Positions 56,002-64,000 of a stretch of 64,000 bases of DNA are shown one piece after another. Source of the stretch: a virus. Taxonomy: Duplodnaviria; Caudoviricetes. The notes below the pieces were generated by a model that made no database searches, was not told where the DNA came from, and worked only from the letters and a program-made list of their open reading frames with translations. The stretch covers positions 160,001-224,000 of the IMG/VR virus record IMGVR_UViG_3300035208_002098, one strand, 5' to 3'. The stretch's first letter is position 1. Each line of letters opens with the position of its first letter. A program made the position numbers and the translations under genes.

Positions 56002-58548
56002 TTAAGAGCATTTGCTCCAACCACAATCACAAGATACACACCCATCTTGATATTTCAATTTATCATTAGAACAATCCGGGCATTTTAATCCTTTAACTTC
56101 GGTACCATTTTTAATGTATTTTTTCAACATTCTTTTAATACCAGTTTTCCACGATGAAATACCGTCTTCATCTAGATGTAATGTATCCACTAAACTAATC
56201 ACATTTGGAATTGGCATACCATGTCGTAAAATCCCAGATATTAGCCTAGCATAATTCCAAAACGCTGAATTAAATGCTCTATTAAGACCTTTCATAGTTT
56301 GTTCGTAACCATCTTTATCCGTATAAATAAAATCATATCTTGAATTTTCAGAACCGGCTTCTTTAACTTTAAGAATCCAACCCTTTTCAACATAATTAGG
56401 TATAGGAAAAGATTCTTGTATACCAGTAAATATCTCATATGGTCTTTTTTCTAATAACCCAGTGAATCCAATCCATTTTTCATGATTATTTTGAAATCTT
56501 AAAATATCACACTCTAATTTTTCAGGTCTTTTAGGTGCATTAGTTTCTTTAATTATCTCAGACACTGTTTTATCTTGTTTTTTATCAGAAATTAACACAC
56601 CAGAGCGTGACCCATCTCTATAAACTGTTATACCTTTACAACCAGATTCCCAAGCCGCAATATAAACTTTAGCTACAATATCTTCAGTTGTTTCTTCAGG
56701 TAAATTAACTGTTACACTTATTGAATGGTCTACCCATTTTTGAACACCACCTTGCATGGTTACTTTTTCTACCCAATCAACATCAGCTGATGTAGCTTTA
56801 TGATAAGGAGATTTTGCTATAAGTTCTTTAAGTTCATTTTCAGAATATTTTTTAACTTCATCAAGGTCATAACCTTTAACTCTTAACCATTTTAGAAATT
56901 TTGGGTGTATTACAACATACTCTTCCCAACTATCACCATTTTCATCAGTAAAATCAACTCTAGCGTTTTTATCATTAGGATTAATTTTTCTTCTACGTTT
57001 ATAAATTGGTAAAAATACTGGCTCAATACCTGATGTTGTTTGTGTCATTAATGAAACAGTACCAGTTGGTGCTATAGTTAATAATGCTATATTTCTTCTA
57101 CCTATTTTTAGTAATTCCTTTAATTCACCATCAGCTTCGCATAACCTTTGAATCATTGGGTTATTAACTTCTCTTTCGTAATCCCAAACTTCAAATGAAC
57201 CTCTTTCTTGTGCCATATAACAAGATGACTTATAAGCATTTATTGCTAATATTTTATGGGTTTCAATAGAAAATTCAGTAGCTTTAGGTGTACCATACGT
57301 TAAACCTAATGCAGCTATCATATCACCTTCAGCTGTTACACCAACACCAGTTCTACGACCTTTAACTGCCATAATCTTAACATTTTCCCATAAATTTCTT
57401 TCAATAACCTTAATTTCATCTGGTTCAGGGTCATTATCTAATTTTTCAATTATAGAATCAATTTTTTCTAATTCTAAATCAATTATATCATCCATCATTC
57501 TTTGGGCCATTTGTACGTGTTTAGCAAATAATACATAGTTAAATTTAGCTTCAGGTGTGAATGGATTTTCAACATACGAATATAAATTTAAAGATAATAA
57601 TCTACAAGAATCATATGGACATAAAGGTATTTCACCACATGGGTTTGTTGAAACTGTTTTAAACCCAGAATCACTATAACAATCTGGTATTGATTCATTA
57701 ATTATAGTATCCCAAAATAAAATACCGGGTTCAGCTGATTTCCATGCATTATGAATAACTTTACCCCATATACTTTTAGGGTCGGCAAGTTTAATCACTG
57801 TTGGATTTGTAGAATCAACTGGATATTGTTGTGTAAATGATGTGTTATTTTTAACAGCATTCATAAAATCATTACTCATTTTTAATGATATATTAGCACC
57901 AGTAACTTTACCAGCAGTTAATTTAGCATCAATAAATTTTTCAGAATCTGGGTGTTTAACTGAACATGATAACATTAATGCACCTCGTCTACCATCTTGT
58001 GCAACCTCACGAGTTGTATTTGAATAACGTTCCATAAATGGTACTAAACCAGTACTAGTTAACGCAGAATTTTTTACTGAACTACCACTTGGTCTGATAT
58101 GTGATAAATCATGACCAACACCACCCCTACGTTTCATTAATTGAACTTGTTCTTCATCTATTCGTAATATAGCACCATACGAATCATATGGATGACCTAA
58201 TACAAAACAATTTGATAATGAAACTATTTGTTTTGTATTACCTATACCCGACATAGGTCCACCTTGTGGTACGATATATCTGAAACCTTTAATAACATCA
58301 AAAATTTCATCTTCTGAAAGTGGGTTAGGATAATTTTTTTCAACTCTAGCAATTTCACTAGCTAATCTTCTATGCATATCATCAGGTGTTTTTTCATATA
58401 AATTACCATCTGAATCTTTTAAGGCGTATTTATTAATCCACGCATCAGCTGCTAATGTATCACCTTTAAAATATTTAATTGTTTCTTTTAATACCTCTTC
58501 TCGACTATAGGTATTATTTATATTTGTTATTATTTCGTTTTTTTCCAT
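56002..58548 (-). CDS. nrdJ: Class II (adenosylcobalamin-dependent) ribonucleotide reductase
   Basis: SNCFV, TNPCGEIPL, TIAPTGT, KGITVYRDGSR, C-terminal Cys cluster; no NrdB nearby. Confidence 0.93.
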   Translation of the reverse strand: MEKNEIITNINNTYSREEVLKETIKYFKGDTLAADAWINKYALKDSDGNLYEKTPDDMHRRLASEIARVEKNYPNPLSEDEIFDVIKGFRYIVPQGGPMSGIGNTKQIVSLSNCFVLGHPYDSYGAILRIDEEQVQLMKRRGGVGHDLSHIRPSGSSVKNSALTSTGLVPFMERYSNTTREVAQDGRRGALMLSCSVKHPDSEKFIDAKLTAGKVTGANISLKMSNDFMNAVKNNTSFTQQYPVDSTNPTVIKLADPKSIWGKVIHNAWKSAEPGILFWDTIINESIPDCYSDSGFKTVSTNPCGEIPLCPYDSCRLLSLNLYSYVENPFTPEAKFNYVLFAKHVQMAQRMMDDIIDLELEKIDSIIEKLDNDPEPDEIKVIERNLWENVKIMAVKGRRTGVGVTAEGDMIAALGLTYGTPKATEFSIETHKILAINAYKSSCYMAQERGSFEVWDYEREVNNPMIQRLCEADGELKELLKIGRRNIALLTIAPTGTVSLMTQTTSGIEPVFLPIYKRRRKINPNDKNARVDFTDENGDSWEEYVVIHPKFLKWLRVKGYDLDEVKKYSENELKELIAKSPYHKATSADVDWVEKVTMQGGVQKWVDHSISVTVNLPEETTEDIVAKVYIAAWESGCKGITVYRDGSRSGVLISDKKQDKTVSEIIKETNAPKRPEKLECDILRFQNNHEKWIGFTGLLEKRPYEIFTGIQESFPIPNYVEKGWILKVKEAGSENSRYDFIYTDKDGYEQTMKGLNRAFNSAFWNYARLISGILRHGMPIPNVISLVDTLHLDEDGISSWKTGIKRMLKKYIKNGTEVKGLKCPDCSNDKLKYQDGCVSCDCGWSKCS

Positions 58549-58571
58549 TATTTTTTATATTAAAACTATTA

Positions 58572-60017
58572 TTACTCTTTACTATTATCCCCCTCATCTG
58601 GTCCGGTAAGGTCCAAATCTTTAGCATTTTTAATTCTATCTTTTAAAATATGATGAGCTAACAATGCTTCATTAATAATTGCTTGTTCTTCAACACCCTT
58701 TATTTCTTGTGCTTTTGAAAATGGTATACCACCATCGTTATCATATGTCGCAATATGAACTTTTGAATTATCAAATGTACAATTTCTAAATATAATACCA
58801 TCAGCACCAAAACGAGATTTTAATATTGCCATAGTTGCTGAATGGTCTTCTTTTTGTGCTAATGTTTTAGCTATAGATACTATAAAGTGACCAATTTGTC
58901 CTTTTTTAATTGAACCACCAATTTGATTAGCTTCAACTAACTCAGCACCAATAGAACTTCTATTACCTTGGACTGCAGTCCAACCAACTAATTGTAATTC
59001 ATCAAGCATTGATTCAAATTGTCTCATAATATTACCCTCAGCTATATTATTATCTGTAAAAGTACGACTAGGTGCTACACAATCTATATAATCTAATAAA
59101 ATAACGTCTGGTTTAAAACCTTGTGATATTTGTTTTTTTATATATTGTCTAATCATTGGAATTGTAGTACCGTCACTAGGGAATTTTTTAAGTTTAATTT
59201 TACCAGCCTCAGCTTGTCTCTCACTTACAATTTTTTTAACCTCAGCCTTTTTATCTTGAAGACTATTTAATCCAATACCAGTCCAACAAGAATAATGCTT
59301 TCTTTGTATTACTTTAGGATTATCCTCAAAGAATATTTGTAATACATTACATCCATAATTTTTAGCAGTATTAGCTATTTTAGTAATCATTGTTGTTTTA
59401 CCAACACCAAATGGTGCTAATATAACTCCTAATTCACCTTTAGATAAACCACCGCCCATATTAGAATCTAAACCTTCTATACCAGTTGGTACAGGTTTTC
59501 TAAAATCATCTGATAGTACAGCATCAATATTATCAAATACATCAATAACCTCATCTTTATCGGCTCCAAAGTCTAACGCCTTTTTAAGTAATCCCTCACA
59601 TAAATGATATTTATTTGTATCACCTTCTTCTGCTATTTTAAGTATTTCTCTAGCAACTTTAACCGTCTCTTGTTGTTTAAAAAATGTTTTTGCAACATCT
59701 TGTACTTGTAATGCATTATTAAAACCATATTCTTTAGCTTTAGATAATAAAGCTAAACAATGTTCTAACTGATACCCAGAAGTTTCTTTTCTTAGTATCC
59801 CTTCCATACTAATATAATCGGGTATATTATCGTATTGCTCATGATTATCTTTAATGAGCATTACAATACACCTCAATTTTTCATCATCAAAATATTCTGG
59901 TTTAACTATGTCAATAACGGATTGGGCATATTTCCCATCCGTTAACAATTGACCTATGAATTTTATTTGAAATGCTTGTCCGAGATATCCTAAAGTGTTT
60001 CTATCTTTTTTTTCCAT
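58572..60017 (-). CDS. Replicative helicase, DnaB/gp41 family
   Basis: APFGVGKTT, LLDYID, AVQGNR, LKSRFG. Confidence 0.92.
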   Translation of the reverse strand: MEKKDRNTLGYLGQAFQIKFIGQLLTDGKYAQSVIDIVKPEYFDDEKLRCIVMLIKDNHEQYDNIPDYISMEGILRKETSGYQLEHCLALLSKAKEYGFNNALQVQDVAKTFFKQQETVKVAREILKIAEEGDTNKYHLCEGLLKKALDFGADKDEVIDVFDNIDAVLSDDFRKPVPTGIEGLDSNMGGGLSKGELGVILAPFGVGKTTMITKIANTAKNYGCNVLQIFFEDNPKVIQRKHYSCWTGIGLNSLQDKKAEVKKIVSERQAEAGKIKLKKFPSDGTTIPMIRQYIKKQISQGFKPDVILLDYIDCVAPSRTFTDNNIAEGNIMRQFESMLDELQLVGWTAVQGNRSSIGAELVEANQIGGSIKKGQIGHFIVSIAKTLAQKEDHSATMAILKSRFGADGIIFRNCTFDNSKVHIATYDNDGGIPFSKAQEIKGVEEQAIINEALLAHHILKDRIKNAKDLDLTGPDEGDNSKE

Positions 60018-60047
60018 TATTAAAAACTTATTTTAAAATAAATATCT

Positions 60048-60524
60048 CTAAAATTCAACAACACTTTCACTATCTTCAAATTTATATGTATATTTTTCTT
60101 TTGTTAAATAATACCTAACAGAATCAATAATATCATGTATAATATCTTTAATATCAACCTGATATCTAACTTTTGGTGGGAATGGATTACCACTAAATTG
60201 GCGTGTAATCACGGTTTTTTTATCTACACGAACTTCAAATTGAAAATTATCAATTTTCTCATAAATACTTCGTTTATTTACTTCTTCAACATCAACTCTA
60301 TCTTTATAAGGTTGATAATATTTCCACAGATATTCTCTCGTTTTTTCTGTTAAATCTTTTTTAATTGTTTGTACACATTCAAATGCCATGTTATGCAATT
60401 CAAATGAATTTAATGCTTTTTCATTATACCCTTTAATATGAAAATATCTTTGGCAGATAATTTTACCATTAATGTGTAATAAGAATTCAAATCTTTGTTC
60501 TTCAATTTTTGGTTTTAATTCCAT
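60048..60524 (-). CDS. Hypothetical protein
   Basis: 158-aa ORF. Confidence 0.8.
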   Translation of the reverse strand: MELKPKIEEQRFEFLLHINGKIICQRYFHIKGYNEKALNSFELHNMAFECVQTIKKDLTEKTREYLWKYYQPYKDRVDVEEVNKRSIYEKIDNFQFEVRVDKKTVITRQFSGNPFPPKVRYQVDIKDIIHDIIDSVRYYLTKEKYTYKFEDSESVVEF

Positions 60525-60548
60525 CTTTATAAATTTATTTATTAATAA

Positions 60549-61631
60549 TTATTCTTCGTCTTTATTTCTTTCGAGCCAGATATTATAATAATCTTTCTCT
60601 TTATTTATTATTTTTTTAAAAGGTAACATATATTTCTCCCATTGATGTTCATTAATCAATCTATCAAGACCATTTTGTTTCATCTTAGTATAAATATTCT
60701 TAACGCTTCTACCTTCAGGGTCTATAGGTAATAATGTCATATCTTCAAACTTCTCAATAGCTGATTCACTCATCATAGGGTTTTTTAGGTTCATTATACG
60801 ATTATTTATTTCGTATAACTTATTACCTTGTATACCATCAGTTCGTGCCTCTATGATGTTCTCAATGGCCTGTAATGGTGGTTTCTTATTATCAATTCTT
60901 TCTTGTCTAATTCTTTTAGCCTCTTCAAGAATTTCAATTAAAGTAACAGGTCTTTCTTTTAACATTGGGAATAATTTTAAAAGTAATGTCTCTTTAACAC
61001 CTTTAACACCTTTAATACAATCGGAATCATCACCAGCTAAAATTTTAATTAATAATGAATTACTTTGGTGATGGGGAAAAAACTCATTATAATTTTCTAA
61101 TGTTACAATTTCTTTTAAATCGCAAAAATAGATTTGTACATTTTTATTGATTAATTGAGATAAATCTCTATCTAATGTACATATTGTAATATCATATATG
61201 TTTGAATGGTTTTTACAGAAATAAGCAATCATATCATCACTTTCAACTACATAATCTTCTAATTGTCTAATACATAATTGTTCTAGATAATTCCAGATTA
61301 ATTTTTTTTCTCTAACTAAATCTTTGTCTTGTGAAAATGTTCCAGTTTCAAAATTTTTGTCTCTGTTACTTTTATAATTTTTGTAGATATTGTATCGAAG
61401 TTTACCACTAAGTGGTCCGTCCCAAAAGACAAACACACTATGGTAAATTCCACTATCCAATAATTTTCTTAAGATTGTAAGGAATTGGTACAAACCACCA
61501 ATATGTTCACCGAAATGATTATATTCGTTTTTTGCACCGTGGAACCCAAATTTTAATAAAGCGTTACCGTCTATTACTAATGCATTCCTTTTTAATTCTT
61601 TATCACCATATTTAGATGGTCTTTTTTTCAC
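60549..61631 (-). CDS. 5'-3' exonuclease / flap endonuclease
   Basis: IDGN, YKSNR, ESDD, DRDLSQL, GDDSDCIKGVKG. Confidence 0.92.
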   Translation of the reverse strand: MKKRPSKYGDKELKRNALVIDGNALLKFGFHGAKNEYNHFGEHIGGLYQFLTILRKLLDSGIYHSVFVFWDGPLSGKLRYNIYKNYKSNRDKNFETGTFSQDKDLVREKKLIWNYLEQLCIRQLEDYVVESDDMIAYFCKNHSNIYDITICTLDRDLSQLINKNVQIYFCDLKEIVTLENYNEFFPHHQSNSLLIKILAGDDSDCIKGVKGVKETLLLKLFPMLKERPVTLIEILEEAKRIRQERIDNKKPPLQAIENIIEARTDGIQGNKLYEINNRIMNLKNPMMSESAIEKFEDMTLLPIDPEGRSVKNIYTKMKQNGLDRLINEHQWEKYMLPFKKIINKEKDYYNIWLERNKDEE

Positions 61632-61663
61632 TTTTTTACCTATTAAAGGTTAATACTAAAATA

Positions 61664-61689
61664 AATGTCCTTACATACATAAGGACATT
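61664..61689 (-). terminator. 10-bp hairpin between recA and the exonuclease
   Basis: AATGTCCTTA/TAAGGACATT. Confidence 0.6.
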
Positions 61690-61760
61690 ACAAAACTATC
61701 TCAATTAATATGAAATATCAACTTTTTTATCTATTATTTTAAACAAAATTAGACATATCT

Positions 61761-62885
61761 TTAATTGCTATCACTGATATACATATCTCTAATATCATCT
61801 TCAGTTGGTTCTGACGCAATAATTTCAATATCACCACTAATAACACCTAATTTACTTAATAACAAATCTTTATTTTCTTTAGTGTATTCAGCTTTTTTAA
61901 GTGGATTCATAAAACCAGTTGGTGCAGATGCAATAACACCTTCAAATTCAATACCATTAACTTGGTTTTTTTCACATTTAATTTTAGTTTCAATACCAAA
62001 AGAATATGTTTTACCACCACTTGTAGCGGTTAATGATTTTGTTCCGTGTGATGTAACACCACCAAAATGTATAATAAATCTAGCAGCATAGAAGAACGCT
62101 TCACCACCTTTATGTTTTATAACACCTTTACCTTGCATACTATCTAACCATATTTTTTGAACTGCAATAAAAGTGTTAGTATATTCTTTACCTTCTTTTC
62201 TAGAAGCCGGTATTTTATGGTTTATAATAGCCTTAAATGTATTCTCTAACGCACCAGCATTCCACATGTTATTCTTAGATTTTGATTTAATTGATTTAAA
62301 ACAATTAAGTGACCCAATAGAATCCCATATAAAACATAATTCATACGGTAGTTTTCCAGCTGATTGAGCATCTATTAAATCATCTATTAAAGATGAAACA
62401 TCCTCAACACAAGCTTCACTTCTACGGTCTTTAACGTCTTTAGCTTCATCGTAATCATATTTACCATATTTTTTAAGTAATGCATCATTATCGATATACA
62501 TAAAAAACCCTTTGTAATCAATAATTTCACCAGTTTCTTCATTAACAACAGGTTCGAATTGAATACCTAAATCTTTAGCGTGTTCCCAACTAAAATTATT
62601 TTCTGTATCAATAAAAATAGGTAAAACACCTATCTTTTGACAAGATACCATAGCTTCGTATGCACCGGTTGATTTACCCGTATTACTGAAACCTCTTAAT
62701 AGTGATACATATCCTTTTGGTAAACCCGGTATTCCTAACGCATCATGAAATGCTGAAGAAAACGGTATCCAACCAATTTCTTTATCTTTAACGGTACTAT
62801 CTAGACCATTTGATTTTTGAAATCCTTGTAAATCAAATTCATTAACTTTAATCGGTCCTTTTTTCTTTTCTGGTATTTTAGCCAT
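61761..62885 (-). CDS. RecA/UvsX-like recombinase
   Basis: GFSNTGKS, FIDTE, IWDSIG, KGGEA, KNQV. Confidence 0.9.
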   Translation of the reverse strand: MAKIPEKKKGPIKVNEFDLQGFQKSNGLDSTVKDKEIGWIPFSSAFHDALGIPGLPKGYVSLLRGFSNTGKSTGAYEAMVSCQKIGVLPIFIDTENNFSWEHAKDLGIQFEPVVNEETGEIIDYKGFFMYIDNDALLKKYGKYDYDEAKDVKDRRSEACVEDVSSLIDDLIDAQSAGKLPYELCFIWDSIGSLNCFKSIKSKSKNNMWNAGALENTFKAIINHKIPASRKEGKEYTNTFIAVQKIWLDSMQGKGVIKHKGGEAFFYAARFIIHFGGVTSHGTKSLTATSGGKTYSFGIETKIKCEKNQVNGIEFEGVIASAPTGFMNPLKKAEYTKENKDLLLSKLGVISGDIEIIASEPTEDDIRDMYISDSN

Positions 62886-62909
62886 TTTAAAACATTTATT
62901 TTTTTCTTG

Positions 62910-63455
62910 TTATTTTTCAAAATTTAATTTACAATACTCAAAATATTGTAAGTGTCTTTCTTTTGTATCTAATAATATACCATCTAATTGACGATACATC
63001 ATCCTTTCTTGGTCGTAAATTATAAATCTATGTAAAAACCCATGGTCTTTAATTGATAATTGTATTATATCTAACCAATCTTCTTGATTATATGACCAGT
63101 GATGTAAATTATACTCAGGTATTTTACTTAAATAAATTTCAGTATATTTAGAAGCTAATATTTTTTCAGGGAATTTTCTACTATATCTATTAATAATTTC
63201 ACGTTTATGTTCTGTCGTTGGTTTATATAAATCTTTATAACCTAACCTATGATATTTTTCACGATGTCGTTTTTTCTCATTTAAAACCCAATCATTATCT
63301 TCTTTTAAACGTTCTTCATTTATTTTAACATCATTTTTAGTACATACCTTACACTTATTTAAGTAACCATCAGACATTTGTTTATGTTTGTAAAATTCAT
63401 TTAATGGTAACTCATTACCACATTTAAAACATATTTTTGTTTTTAACTCTGCCAT
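62910..63455 (-). CDS. HNH-like homing endonuclease with N-terminal zinc ribbon
   Basis: [24 protein letters not shown]. Confidence 0.75.
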   Translation of the reverse strand: MAELKTKICFKCGNELPLNEFYKHKQMSDGYLNKCKVCTKNDVKINEERLKEDNDWVLNEKKRHREKYHRLGYKDLYKPTTEHKREIINRYSRKFPEKILASKYTEIYLSKIPEYNLHHWSYNQEDWLDIIQLSIKDHGFLHRFIIYDQERMMYRQLDGILLDTKERHLQYFEYCKLNFEK

Positions 63456-63514
63456 TTAAACTTTCTAGATTATTAATTAATTTTTATATTATATAAATAT
63501 CTAGAAAGTTTAAA
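63455..63514. repeat. Perfect 16-bp inverted repeat over the endonuclease start
   Basis: TTTAAACTTTCTAGAT...ATCTAGAAAGTTTAAA, overlapping the ATATTTATA motif. Confidence 0.9.
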
Positions 63515-63536
63515 AAGGTAGAATTATTTTACCATT

Positions 63537-64000
63537 TTAAAATGGCAAATCATCAACTTCTTCTTCTTGTGTTACAACTGTTTTAGATTTCGTTGATTTC
63601 TTAGTTTCAATAACATCATTATCCATTGTAATTTCAGAACTTTCATCATTTGCCTCAGCATCTGTTAATGTTGCTTTATCAACCCATTGTTTGTTAACTT
63701 TATCCCAAGCTGGTTCGAAACCTTTAACAACAAGTAAAAGATAATCATAATCTTTAACTGAATAAACATCTTCCCATGTTCTACTATCTTCGATTAATGT
63801 TTTTAATTGTTCTTTATCTTCAAGTGTTGGAGATTTATCACAATGTACTACACCAGATACTACACCGTTATTTTTATGGTCACGAGCTATATCAATAACT
63901 AAATCACGACCTGTTTCAGGGTCTGTAATATTACCATTTTGTTTAATAATAGAGATTATTTTATCAAAAATACCTTGACTTGTATAATCATGATTAAATC
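63537..64000 (-). CDS. Single-stranded DNA-binding protein (gp32-like), 3' part
   Basis: Not in ORF track; ITDPETGRDLVI motif and acidic tail ending DDLPF. Confidence 0.8.
   Translation of the reverse strand, partial: FNHDYTSQGIFDKIISIIKQNGNITDPETGRDLVIDIARDHKNNGVVSGVVHCDKSPTLEDKEQLKTLIEDSRTWEDVYSVKDYDYLLLVVKGFEPAWDKVNKQWVDKATLTDAEANDESSEITMDNDVIETKKSTKSKTVVTQEEEVDDLPF

Noticed and set aside
1803-62367. Plus-strand ORFs antisense to long genes (e.g. 1803, 7514, 20710, 24269, 51666, 61765)
   Set aside because: Shadows of well-supported minus-strand genes, with I/L/S/F-rich composition and no motifs
56002-62885. Inteins in NrdJ, helicase or RecA
   Set aside because: Lengths are normal and no C...HN-[CST] splice motifs were seen
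1-64000. Stop-codon reassignment, suggested by the release-factor gene
   Set aside because: Long conserved genes are intact and densely packed in the standard code, and no suppressor tRNA is present

Overview
64 kb of an AT-rich, almost entirely minus-strand-coded jumbo myovirus genome with T4-like replication and baseplate genes, in the standard genetic code. Seven exact TTG-N20-TAnnTTTG promoters, a Bacteroidota-type ClpP, sigma factor and Hc1-like protein point to a Bacteroidota host. The window runs as follows. (1) A structured-RNA and translation-rescue cluster: a release-factor-like gene, two CAT tRNAs, tRNA-like mini-RNAs, tmRNA, SmpB, ClpP and DnaJ. (2) A Ro60/TROVE-like DUF2828-vWA gene. 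(3) An RNase HII gene disrupted by an endonuclease cassette. (4) Putative head and lysis genes. (5) Sigma factor, SbcCD, exonucleases, primase and RuvC. (6) A tail/baseplate block. (7) NrdJ, DnaB, a 5'-3' exonuclease, RecA and SSB. Five free-standing homing-endonuclease-like genes are present. Two candidate undescribed systems stand out. (A) Dispersed mini-genes and inserts that look like fragments of virion proteins (major capsid, tail tube, portal), three sharing an identically spaced N-terminal tag FGxGYKxxxx[LF][ST]F; they may be decoys or assembly inhibitors. (B) Four terminal-stem RNAs with a conserved 5' motif ending in CNGCAA, one directly behind the DUF2828 gene; they may be Y-RNA analogues. 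Also notable are intron-less endonuclease cassettes that duplicate the host gene's 5' end, and two candidate recoding sites. Protein family calls come from motif recognition by eye; no database search was run.
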